Of a DNA stretch of 22,109 nucleotides, positions 8,577-17,075 are shown piece after piece. The stretch lies in sequence record DRR723986_2443; one strand, written 5' to 3'. A program made the position numbers and the translations under genes. The notes under the pieces were generated by a model that ran no database searches, was not told the origin of the DNA, and saw only the letters and a program-made list of their open reading frames with translations. Each line of letters begins with the position of its first letter. Within the stretch, counting starts at the first letter, position 1.

Positions 8577-9791
8577 TTATCCTTCCAAGCCAAGCAGGGC
8601 GGAAAGGCCTTTAGTTTCAGCTGCGAACTCGCGAATGCCCACCGGTGTACCTGATTTGACAGAGCGCTCGGCTGCCGCACCGATAACTACCGACCATAGT
8701 CCGTCTAGAACCGTCGCTGCTTGTGTTTCCCTGCCCAAAAGACGGTCAACGAAAGCGATATGTTCCATATAGGTGGCGCCGCTATGGCCGCTTTCCTCAA
8801 TGAAACGGGCATAATGGGGTTCTGTTTTGCGGCTCAGGCCCGGCTCTGCTTTTTCGATCAGCAAGTCGCAGGCAAGGGGTGTTTCTGCCTGTATGTCAGC
8901 TTTTTCGGTGGCGCTAAGGCGACCCTGATCGCCGCAAATAACTAAATCTTCCTGAAAGTTTGGGCAGAACATATTTAAAGTGAAAGTGCCGCGTGTGCCA
9001 TCCTCATAATCGATAACCACAGCGGCGTTATCAAGGATGTCTGATTCTTGGCCGTCATGAGAAAAGTCAGTAAAATTAACCGTTTGCGAGCCAGAGGCAT
9101 AAACACGAATTGGTTTTGCACCCGCAAAAAGTGTGATCAGGTCAAAGTAGTGACAACACTTTTCAACCAATGTGCCACCTGACTTTTCAGAGAATTTGTT
9201 CCACTGTCCCACCTTGTCGAGAAACGGTGGCCTATGCTCGCTGAGGCTTATTGTTTTTACATCACCCAGCGCCTTGCGCTCTAAAGCCTCAAAGATGGCT
9301 TCGCTGTAGATTGGCTTGTATCGGTATTGCAGGCCAATTTGTATCGGGGCGGCATAACCGTCAGCGATCTTGCATATTTCCACGGCGTCCACGCAAGTGG
9401 TCGCCATGGGCTTTTCCAACAGTATCGGTTTGCCGGATTTTACTGCCACTTTCAAAACATCAAGGTGCGTGTGGTTCGGTGTGCAAATGATCAGCGCGTC
9501 GACATTCGGGTCAGTGCAAGCCTCCGTGAGGGACGTATGCACAATAAGGTCGCGGTCGCAGTAGCTGGCGAACTCGCGTTTGGCAACTTCGATGCTCTCC
9601 GATTGTGTATCATAGATACCGTGGACTTGGGCGCGCCCTTCCAATTCCGTCACCCGCATATGTTCTTGACCGATCATGCCGGTACCAATGACATTGAACC
9701 TGAAAGCGGCATCCGGGCGTTTGAAAATGTGCCGGTCTTCGGCACGGATATAGTCTATCGCCGGGGAGCGCTCGAATGGTCGCAATCTCAT
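8577..9791 (-). CDS. sqgA: Gfo/Idh/MocA-fold protein; probable NAD+-dependent sulfoquinovosidase (GH188, SqgA-like)
   Basis: Rossmann GTGMIG, CTPNHTH, LLEKP; GLQYRY (Tyr156); EHRPPFLDK (R187-x3-L191-x-K193, the spacing I recall for the SqgA sulfonate-binding residues); GGTLVEKCCHYFDL; GHSGATY (His336); RBS GAGGGG. Confidence 0.75.
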   Translation of the reverse strand: MRLRPFERSPAIDYIRAEDRHIFKRPDAAFRFNVIGTGMIGQEHMRVTELEGRAQVHGIYDTQSESIEVAKREFASYCDRDLIVHTSLTEACTDPNVDALIICTPNHTHLDVLKVAVKSGKPILLEKPMATTCVDAVEICKIADGYAAPIQIGLQYRYKPIYSEAIFEALERKALGDVKTISLSEHRPPFLDKVGQWNKFSEKSGGTLVEKCCHYFDLITLFAGAKPIRVYASGSQTVNFTDFSHDGQESDILDNAAVVIDYEDGTRGTFTLNMFCPNFQEDLVICGDQGRLSATEKADIQAETPLACDLLIEKAEPGLSRKTEPHYARFIEESGHSGATYMEHIAFVDRLLGRETQAATVLDGLWSVVIGAAAERSVKSGTPVGIREFAAETKGLSALLGLEG

Positions 9792-9850
9792 TTTTTACCC
9801 CTCATGAAGTGCCCGCCGCGACAGGTTTCGTCTGTTTATGGGCTAATTGT

Positions 9851-9878
9851 ATGATAAATCGATTGTGGTAAATATCAA
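9851..9878 (-). promoter_or_regulatory. Putative sigma70-type promoter of the sqgA-SSS-dioxygenase operon
   Basis: Minus strand TTGATA (9878-9873), 16 nt spacer, TATCAT (9856-9851), about 60 nt upstream of the ATG at 9791. Confidence 0.35.
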
Positions 9879-9933
9879 TGGGGCGCTTTTAGATAATTAA
9901 TGGCAATAACGGGGCCTTACTGGAAGCAAAAAA

Positions 9934-10542
9934 CTAGTCGAGCGGGCTGGTGATTGTTGTGGTGCCGTCTTCGGTGGAAAAATCAAGCAGGCCAATGTGT
10001 TGTATATTTTCATGGAAGTCAGCGAACGGCGTCAAAGTAACTAAGTTTTGCCGCTGTGGACCGGTTGCTATAGCGTGCATTCTCTCAATCCAGGACGAAA
10101 GGGTCGCATCGTTTACGAAAATATTCCGGTGAGGGATGCACCAACTGGCTGCACATACGTCTGCCAGGCCTGGTAACAGCCCCTGCAGAAATGGACGTCC
10201 ATCAGCCATTTGGCGCGAAACCAAAAGACTGTTGGCGGCTAATGCGGCCTCGAGACTAATCGGCTTCTTTTTCATTGATTGCCACCAGTGCAGCAAAGCC
10301 AAAGGCATGCCCATGTTGCCGTTGGGAAAAAGACTGGGAGTTGGTGCTAGTGCTTCCAGGCACAAGCAAACTGCTGCCGGGCCGATAACGTTGATATCAG
10401 CCCATTTTAGCGACAGAGCTTGGTGCTCTGTTATTACTTCTTTGGCGGCAATTTGCTTTTGACCACAACAGAGCGCCAGAAATAATTTATCCTCTGGTAA
10501 GCTCGAATGACATTCTATTTCTAGATTGGTTTGCTTATTCAT
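9934..10542 (-). CDS. Degenerate glutathione S-transferase-fold protein
   Basis: GST-like segments LEALAPTPSLFPNG, QMADGRPFLQG...PGLADVC (N-capping box/hydrophobic staple region) and LSSWIERMHA; canonical N-terminal GSH-binding motifs not recognisable. Confidence 0.55.
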   Translation of the reverse strand: MNKQTNLEIECHSSLPEDKLFLALCCGQKQIAAKEVITEHQALSLKWADINVIGPAAVCLCLEALAPTPSLFPNGNMGMPLALLHWWQSMKKKPISLEAALAANSLLVSRQMADGRPFLQGLLPGLADVCAASWCIPHRNIFVNDATLSSWIERMHAIATGPQRQNLVTLTPFADFHENIQHIGLLDFSTEDGTTTITSPLD

Positions 10543-10722
10543 GAAGTAAAGCTAAAGACGGTGCATGATTATGCCAATCACTTTATTGAGCAGTAAAATG
10601 ATAAAATTGATCAAAAAAATCTAAAAATAGCCAGTTAGGTTCTAAAAACAGGCTGTTTACTTCTAATTTTCCTGCAATTTGTTCGAGTTTTCCAAAGTTT
10701 TCCTCAGCTTTTTATGGCTGCC

Positions 10723-10750
10723 AATAAAAAGCCGGAATAAACCCGGCTTT
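10723..10750 (-). terminator. Rho-independent terminator of the lyase-hydantoinase A-B operon
   Basis: Inverted repeat AAAGCCGG (10728-10735) / CCGGCTTT (10743-10750), 7 nt loop, minus-strand TTTTTATT tail, 22 nt after the stop at 10773. Confidence 0.75.
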
Positions 10751-10772
10751 CATATTTGTTTCTTGGCTCAAT

Positions 10773-12632
10773 TTACCAGCTTGGTGGGGTTGGTGCTTCA
10801 AGACCGGTTTCTGCTTTGCAGTTGGCGCGAATGGCCGCCATGTCAGGCCCATAGTTAAATATCTCGCCGGTCACCTGTGTTTTGGCAAGCTCCGCGCGCT
10901 TTGCTTTTGTAGCTGCAGCATCAACGCTTCCGTCTGCAGCAATTTTTACGCCGTAGTTATCAAAGGCACCTTCCTTTGAAACCAAGCCCTGCTTAACTTC
11001 CAGCGCCACCAAATCAGCGTCGCGCTCTAGCGGGTTGCCCCATCCGCCGCCGCCCCATGTGATGTAATCCAGCTCGTCGCCTTCAAATACATCAACCCGG
11101 TCGCATTTGGAGGCCAACACTTCTTCAGTGCCGTCAGCTCGTCGCAGAATTTTGGTGGACCGTGCACCAGGCTCGCCGCCGTTCACGCCCCAAGGGTAGG
11201 TGAACCAACGGTCATCATGAATGGAGACCGTGCCTTTGTTGAGGAACTGATAGGTCATCAAAATACCATTGCCGCCGCGGTTAAGCCCTGCGCCGCCACT
11301 ATCAGGGATTGAGGTATAATCCGTGATGCGCATGGGGAAGTACCGTTCCAGGAATTCGTTGGGAACGTTGGTGAAACCGGGCCAGAGGCTGTGACCGTCA
11401 GGGCCGTCGCCCCACGGCCGGCCGGGAATGCCGCCGAAGCCGATTTGGAACAACTGGAACCATTCGCCGCTATCTTTGTCAAAGCCCGAGAACATCAGAT
11501 GCGGGCTGGACGAGAAGCCTGCAGCATTCAGGAACTCCGGCTGGCCTTGGCCAAGTAATCCACCGAGAATATCAAAGATTCGTCCCAGTGCGTGGGTTCT
11601 GCATGACAGGGCGGCAGGGAAGTTTGGCTTAAGCAGACTACCCTGCGGAATGCGCACATCCACAAGGTCGTAGAAGCCATCGTTGAACATAACCTGCGGG
11701 TCAAACACCATGACCATGTAGATGCCAAAGAACATTTTGAACATATTTTCGTTCAGGTAAAAGTTAATTGAACCAACAGCTTGTGGGTCTGTTCCATCAA
11801 AATCGAGAATGACAACTTCGCCTTCTCGCCACATAGTGCATTTAATTTTGTAGGGCCCAAAGCCACGGCCATCATCGCAGATATAGTCTTCAAAGCTAAC
11901 TTTGTCCTCGCTGACGGCGGTGTTGATTAAATGGCCCATCGCGCGTTTGTTGCGCGCCAGTAGCTCGTCAGTTGCGGAGGCGAAAAAGTCATCCCCAAAA
12001 CGCTCACAAATTTCGATTACGCGTTTTTCCGCTACCCGGCAGCTGGCAACAATGGCCAGCAAGTCAGCCCTACACCATTCCGGCATGCGAACTTGATGCA
12101 GAACCAAAGTCAGGATGTCTTCCTGAAGTTCGTCTTTCTTAAACAGTTTGATTGGTGGAATTCGCACACCTTCTTCGAAGATGCTGGTGGCGTCTGTCGG
12201 CATGCTGCCCGGCACCTTGCCGCCAATGTCGGTCATGTGGCCGAACATACAAGCCCAGCTAACCAACCGACCTTTGACGAATATGGGCCGGATGATCAAC
12301 CAATCATTATTGTGCGAAACCGCCCCTTCGCAAGAGTAGGGGTCTGCGAGCCAAATCATGTCGCCTTCTTCAATGTCGCCATCATAGCCGTTCAGGAAAC
12401 CGTCGATGAAACTGCCAAATTGGCCAACCACCATCAATCCTTCGCGGTCTGCGATCAGAGGAAATGCGTCGCCTTGTTCGCGAATACCCGGGCTCATGGC
12501 TGTGCGGAATAATGTTGCATCCATTTCTTCGCGTGCGTTTCTCAGCGCATTCTCAATGATATCAAGGGTGATTGTATCCACTGCAGTTTTTGCAAATGGG
12601 GTGGTATTTGTTTCAATGATTGTTGCGGGCAT
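10773..12632 (-). CDS. Hydantoinase B/oxoprolinase family subunit (ATP-dependent lactamase beta subunit, caprolactamase CapB-like)
   Basis: TLDIIENALRNAREEMD, RTAMSPGIREQGD, DPY...SHNND, GHMTDIGGKVPGS, EEGVRIPP, PDSGGAG..RGGNG, GGGGWGNPLERD; RBS AAGGGGAGG. Confidence 0.93.
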   Translation of the reverse strand: MPATIIETNTTPFAKTAVDTITLDIIENALRNAREEMDATLFRTAMSPGIREQGDAFPLIADREGLMVVGQFGSFIDGFLNGYDGDIEEGDMIWLADPYSCEGAVSHNNDWLIIRPIFVKGRLVSWACMFGHMTDIGGKVPGSMPTDATSIFEEGVRIPPIKLFKKDELQEDILTLVLHQVRMPEWCRADLLAIVASCRVAEKRVIEICERFGDDFFASATDELLARNKRAMGHLINTAVSEDKVSFEDYICDDGRGFGPYKIKCTMWREGEVVILDFDGTDPQAVGSINFYLNENMFKMFFGIYMVMVFDPQVMFNDGFYDLVDVRIPQGSLLKPNFPAALSCRTHALGRIFDILGGLLGQGQPEFLNAAGFSSSPHLMFSGFDKDSGEWFQLFQIGFGGIPGRPWGDGPDGHSLWPGFTNVPNEFLERYFPMRITDYTSIPDSGGAGLNRGGNGILMTYQFLNKGTVSIHDDRWFTYPWGVNGGEPGARSTKILRRADGTEEVLASKCDRVDVFEGDELDYITWGGGGWGNPLERDADLVALEVKQGLVSKEGAFDNYGVKIAADGSVDAAATKAKRAELAKTQVTGEIFNYGPDMAAIRANCKAETGLEAPTPPSW

Positions 12633-12646
12633 TGGTCGTCCTCCCC

Positions 12647-14701
12647 TTATGCTGTTGGATTGATGAGAATATTACCGTAGGTATCCATTTCGCCCACATG
12701 GTCAGGCAGGATAACCGCGGTACTGTCCATTTCGGTAACGATACACGGACCCGGTATTCGGTCGCCTTTTTCAAGCTTCGACCGGTCATAAATAGCTGCA
12801 TCATATTTCTCACCGCCGCACCACATGGTGTGATCGCTGATCTTTGCTTGGGATGGGTCGTTATCGCCTTCACCGACTTTGATTGCGGGCATTTCCGCAC
12901 CTTTGCCAAGAGCAATGGCCCGCAGGTTCACAATCTCATGAACCACATCAAGGTTAAATGTGAATAAGCGTTTATGTTCATCGTCAAAGGATGCTTGCAG
13001 CGCCTTTACCCCGTTTCCAGCTTCAAAGTCCTCGATGTTAATGGGCAGGTCAACCTCAAAGCCCTGACCGGAATAGCGTACACCGGCTTCAAAGGTGATG
13101 ATTTGCTTGTCGCGTGGCACACCTTCGTCTTCTAGTTCCTTAACCACTGTTTCGCGCATACTTGCGAGCCACTCAGCAACTTCACTATCATTGGTTTGTC
13201 TGACGGTACGATTGAAGGATCGCGCGTGTTCGTAGCGCATTTGGGTTGTTGCGTCGCCTGTTGCACACAGCACGCCGGGACTAACCGGAACCACCACTGG
13301 GTAAGAACCCATGAGTCTGCCAACAGCGTTGGAATGCAAAGAGCCCGCGCCGCCAAAACCCATAAGGGCAAAGTCGCGGGGGTCGTAGCCTTGCTGCACC
13401 GAGACAAGCCGAAGCGCACCAAACATATTCTCATTGGCGATATCGATAATGCCCTGAGCAGCTTCTTGTATGGTAACGCTAAGAGCGTCAGCGATGGTTT
13501 GAACGGCAGCAGTTGCGGCCGCAACGTCCAATTTGAAGGATCCGCCAAGCAAGGCCGCTGGCAAGTTTCCGAGCACAACATGGGCATCAGTAACCGTTGG
13601 TACTTCGCCGCCTTTACCGTATGCAGCAGGGCCAGGGACAGCACCGGCTGATTCAGGGCCCACCCGCAGCGCACCGGTTAATTCAGGTACGTGGGCAATA
13701 GAGCCGCCGCCTGCACCCACTGTTTTAACATCTAGCGATGATGCGCGTACGGTGAGGTGGCCAACACTGGTTTCACGACGAAGACGTGGCTCGCCGTTTT
13801 CAATAAGCGCCACGTCGGTAGAGGTGCCGCCAACGTCCAGCGTGAGAATGTTTTTCAGGCCAGCATTACGTGCCGACCACAGTGCGCCGGTTACACCGCC
13901 AGCTGGACCGGACATCAGCAAGTTTACCGGGTGGCCCTCTGACTTTTCTGAGCCCATCAAGCCGCCATCTGAGCGTAGCAGGTTGATCCGGCCTTCCATG
14001 CCCAATTTTCTCAGCTCGCCCCGTAGGTTTGATACATACATTGCCATAATCGGGCGCACAAGTGAGTTGGCAACTGAGGTAAGTGCGCGCTCGTATTCTT
14101 GCATTTCCGGCAACACTTCATGGCTCAGGGTTATGGGCAGGTCAGGGAAAACCTCGCGGGCGATTTCTGCAATCTCGGTTTCATGCACGCCGTTGACATA
14201 ACTGTTAATGGTGCAAATGGTTAGCGCTTCAATGCCCTCAAGCTTTAAGCTTTCAAGCGCGGCTTTGGCTTGAGCGCGGTTAACCGGCTTAACCACACCG
14301 CCGTTGGCGTCCAAGCGTTCGTCAATTTCAACGGTGCATTCAAGCGCGGCCAGCGGTACGGGCTTTGGCCATGTGATCCAGGCGGCCAGGCCGCCGGGTA
14401 CTAAAGAGCGCGCAACCTGCAGAATTTGGCGGTAACCTTCGGTGACAACCAGCCCTGTTTTTGCGCCTTTACCTTCCAATACCGCATTGGTGGCAACAGT
14501 GGTGCCATGTAGGAACTGTTCAATGTCAGAGGGTTTAATACCTGCCTGGTCACAAATCGCCTTTGTGCCGTTTATTACGGCCTCTGAGGGGTCATGCGGC
14601 GTGCTTGGCACCTTATCACGCCATGTTTCACCGGTTGTTTCTTCGATAAGTAGAAGGTCTGTGAACGTGCCCCCCACGTCTACGCCCAGTCTGTATGGCA
14701 T
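12647..14701 (-). CDS. Hydantoinase A/oxoprolinase family subunit (ATP-binding alpha subunit, caprolactamase CapA-like)
   Basis: LGVDVGGTFTD, HGTTVATNAVLE, EYER, SGPAGG, DVGGTSTDV, VGAGGGSIA, VGPESAGAVPGPA, FGGAG; RBS AAGGGAGAG. Confidence 0.94.
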   Translation of the reverse strand: MPYRLGVDVGGTFTDLLLIEETTGETWRDKVPSTPHDPSEAVINGTKAICDQAGIKPSDIEQFLHGTTVATNAVLEGKGAKTGLVVTEGYRQILQVARSLVPGGLAAWITWPKPVPLAALECTVEIDERLDANGGVVKPVNRAQAKAALESLKLEGIEALTICTINSYVNGVHETEIAEIAREVFPDLPITLSHEVLPEMQEYERALTSVANSLVRPIMAMYVSNLRGELRKLGMEGRINLLRSDGGLMGSEKSEGHPVNLLMSGPAGGVTGALWSARNAGLKNILTLDVGGTSTDVALIENGEPRLRRETSVGHLTVRASSLDVKTVGAGGGSIAHVPELTGALRVGPESAGAVPGPAAYGKGGEVPTVTDAHVVLGNLPAALLGGSFKLDVAAATAAVQTIADALSVTIQEAAQGIIDIANENMFGALRLVSVQQGYDPRDFALMGFGGAGSLHSNAVGRLMGSYPVVVPVSPGVLCATGDATTQMRYEHARSFNRTVRQTNDSEVAEWLASMRETVVKELEDEGVPRDKQIITFEAGVRYSGQGFEVDLPINIEDFEAGNGVKALQASFDDEHKRLFTFNLDVVHEIVNLRAIALGKGAEMPAIKVGEGDNDPSQAKISDHTMWCGGEKYDAAIYDRSKLEKGDRIPGPCIVTEMDSTAVILPDHVGEMDTYGNILINPTA

Positions 14702-14776
14702 GTCTTACTCTCCCTTGTTCCGCAGGCTTTGATAGTGCGCGCGAAATGTCTGTTTATTTAAGTCATGGCTACTTGA

Positions 14777-15730
14777 TTATGAGGCAGCCCCAGATTCTGG
14801 AAATCCGCCAGCCTGGCTAACCATAGCTGGCGGTGTGCGGCCCAGAACTGTCTCCGCCCAATTGGCCAGTTTAATCATTTCATCCAAGTCTACCGCTGTT
14901 TTAACGCCGGATTCGTGCAGCAGATATAATAGGTCTTCTGTGCCAATATTACCGGTGGCTTTCGGTGCAAACGGGCACCCGCCGAGACCAGCAACCGATG
15001 CGTCAAGTGTTGCAACGCCAGCCTGATAAGCGGCCCAAGCATTGGCAAGACCTGTATTGCGCGTGTTGTGGAAGTGAGCGCGCAGTGGCATGTTGGGCAA
15101 GCGTTCTTTAATTTTTGATATTAGTTCTGTAACCCGCAGCGGTGAGCCTACACCAATGGTGTCAGCAATAGCGATTTCTCGCGGCTGGGCTTCGGCGATG
15201 CTTTCTGCCATAGCAACAACGCGAGATTGGTCAATGCGGCCTTCAAACGGGCAGCCAAATGAAGCCGAGATGGTCGCTTGGGCAGACATGCCTTCTGCCT
15301 TTGCCATGCGGATCATATCTTTTGTGACGTCCACAGACTCTTGCGAGGTTTGGCCTTGGTTTTTTTCTGCGAATGTATCCGACGCTATGGCAACACAGCC
15401 CACTTCATCAATGCCGCGTTTATTGCCTTCGCGGGTAGCAAAGGCACGCAGTAATCCGCGTTTATTAAGAATAAGACCGATGTATGTGACATCGTCGCGG
15501 TCACTTAGCCCGGCAATAACATCCTCTGCATCCGCCATTTGCGGTACCCGCTTGGGGTGGACAAAGCTTGCCACCTCTATGCGGCGTATACCTGCATTGA
15601 CTGCGCCATTGATCATGCGCAGCTTGTCAATGGTCGAGAATACGATTTTCTCGTTTTGCAGGCCGTCCCTTGGGCCAACTTCCAAAACTTCTACAGAAGA
15701 TAACGGTTGCGAATTACTGGTTACAGTCAT
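14777..15730 (-). CDS. HMG-CoA lyase family (DRE-TIM) acyl-CoA lyase; (R)-citramalyl-CoA lyase-like possible
   Basis: EVGPRDGLQNE, FGCPFEG, IADTIG, HFHNTRNTG metal ligands, GLGGCPFAPKATGN; not in a liu (leucine catabolism) context. Confidence 0.88.
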   Translation of the reverse strand: MTVTSNSQPLSSVEVLEVGPRDGLQNEKIVFSTIDKLRMINGAVNAGIRRIEVASFVHPKRVPQMADAEDVIAGLSDRDDVTYIGLILNKRGLLRAFATREGNKRGIDEVGCVAIASDTFAEKNQGQTSQESVDVTKDMIRMAKAEGMSAQATISASFGCPFEGRIDQSRVVAMAESIAEAQPREIAIADTIGVGSPLRVTELISKIKERLPNMPLRAHFHNTRNTGLANAWAAYQAGVATLDASVAGLGGCPFAPKATGNIGTEDLLYLLHESGVKTAVDLDEMIKLANWAETVLGRTPPAMVSQAGGFPESGAAS

Positions 15731-15757
15731 CTGTTGCCTAACTCGAAATTACGAAAA

Positions 15758-15820
15758 AATGTATACAATCCATGTTAGCAATTGTATACAAAAATTCTAT
15801 TAAAAGAATCGTATACCAAT
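15758..15820. promoter_or_regulatory. Three TGTATACA-type palindromic operator sites in the lyase / CoA-transferase divergent promoter
   Basis: AATGTATACAAT (15758-15769), ATTGTATACAAA (15781-15792), degenerate ATCGTATACCAAT (15808-15820); matches the TTGTATACAA type of GntR/FCD operator known for MdcY and MatR. Confidence 0.75.
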
Positions 15821-15863
15821 ATAAACACTATTGCTGTCGAGATAAATCATTGGGAGACATCAC

Positions 15864-17060
15864 GTGACGAATGCCGCAAACTTCGGTGCTCTAAAGGGCC
15901 TTAGGATGATCGAATTGGGGCAGCTGATTGCAGGGCCGTTTTGCGGTCAATTGATGGCTGATCATGGCGTTGAAGTGATTAAGGTAGAAGCGCCGGGCAT
16001 AGGTGATCCCATGAGAAAATGGGGCCAAAGCGCGCCTCTTTGGTGGCCCGTAGTGTCTCGCAACAAAAAATGTGTAACCCTTAACCTGCGAGAAAAGCCT
16101 GGGCAGGATATCTTAAAAGAGATGGTCAAAAAGACCGATTTTTTGTTGGAGAATTTTCGTGCGGGCACCATGGAAAAATGGGGCCTGTCTTACGACGTGT
16201 TAAAAAAAATAAACCCACGCTTGATAATGATTAGGGTTTCAGGGTTCGGGCAAACCGGGCCATATGCAAAAAAAGCAGGCTATGGCTCTATTGGTGAAGC
16301 AATGGGCGGTATGCGCAACTTGGCGGGGGACCCTGCAACACCGCCTAGCCGCATTGGCCTCTCTATTGGTGACTCGCTTGCGGCAACATACGCGTGCCTT
16401 GGGGCTTTGATGGCCCTGCGGCACCGGGATCAAACCGGTGAAGGGCAGGTGGTAGATTCTGCAATATACGAAGCCGTTCTTGCTATGATGGAATCGGTGG
16501 TGCCGGAATATACCGAGCAGGGTTTCGTTCGTGAGCGTACCGGCTCAGTTCTGCCAAAGGTTGCGCCCTCAAACGCCTACCCAACAAAGGACGGCGATAT
16601 TCTAATCGCTGCCAACCAGGACACGGTTTTCCGGCGATTGGCCACTGCGATGGGTAAAGCAGAAATGGCGGATGACGAGAAATATGCTACCCATCAAGCG
16701 CGCGGTGAATGCCAAGACGAACTTGATGAAATGATAACGCAGTGGACCAAAGGCTTCACCAGTGATGAGATGCAGTCACTTATGGATGAGCACGGTGTGC
16801 CTGCCGGGAAAATATTCAAAGCGCCGGATATGCTGAATGACCCACAATTTGAAGCGCGCGAAGCGATTGTGAAAGTTGATCACCCGTCGTATGATAAGCT
16901 GTATATGCAAAATGTTTTTCCGAAGCTTTCGCAGACGCCCGGCGAGATTCGCTGGGCTGGGCCAACGGATTTAGGCCAGCATAATAGTGAAGTATACGGT
17001 GAAATTTTGGGCAAAACTGACGCTGAGATTGAAGAAATGCGAAACGCTGGAACCATATAA
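15864..17060 (+). CDS. Family III (CaiB/BaiF) CoA-transferase; succinyl-CoA:(R)-citramalate CoA-transferase-like possible
   Basis: LKGLRMIELGQLIAGPFCG, EVIKVE..GDPMR, RNKKCVTLNL, ENFRAGTMEKWGL, SGFGQTGPY, catalytic Asp in IGDSLA, LGQHNSEV; GTG start with RBS GGGAG. Confidence 0.92.
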   Translation: MTNAANFGALKGLRMIELGQLIAGPFCGQLMADHGVEVIKVEAPGIGDPMRKWGQSAPLWWPVVSRNKKCVTLNLREKPGQDILKEMVKKTDFLLENFRAGTMEKWGLSYDVLKKINPRLIMIRVSGFGQTGPYAKKAGYGSIGEAMGGMRNLAGDPATPPSRIGLSIGDSLAATYACLGALMALRHRDQTGEGQVVDSAIYEAVLAMMESVVPEYTEQGFVRERTGSVLPKVAPSNAYPTKDGDILIAANQDTVFRRLATAMGKAEMADDEKYATHQARGECQDELDEMITQWTKGFTSDEMQSLMDEHGVPAGKIFKAPDMLNDPQFEAREAIVKVDHPSYDKLYMQNVFPKLSQTPGEIRWAGPTDLGQHNSEVYGEILGKTDAEIEEMRNAGTI

Positions 17061-17075
17061 GGCTTTATTCATTTA

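Noticed and set aside
8577-9791. myo-inositol 2-dehydrogenase (iolG) call
   Set aside because: No iolB/C/D/E genes in the window; the HRxPFLxK and EKCCH motifs and the dioxygenase neighbour fit GH188 better
10543-10722. AT-rich spacer with short AGTTTTCC duplication as an island boundary or repeat element
   Set aside because: No integrase, transposase, tRNA or flanking direct repeats; consistent with an ordinary promoter region
10773-14701. Acetone/acetophenone carboxylase or housekeeping 5-oxoprolinase call
   Set aside because: No gamma or other carboxylase subunits; the amidase/CoA-transferase/lyase context under a dedicated operator argues against a housekeeping role, though that activity is not excluded
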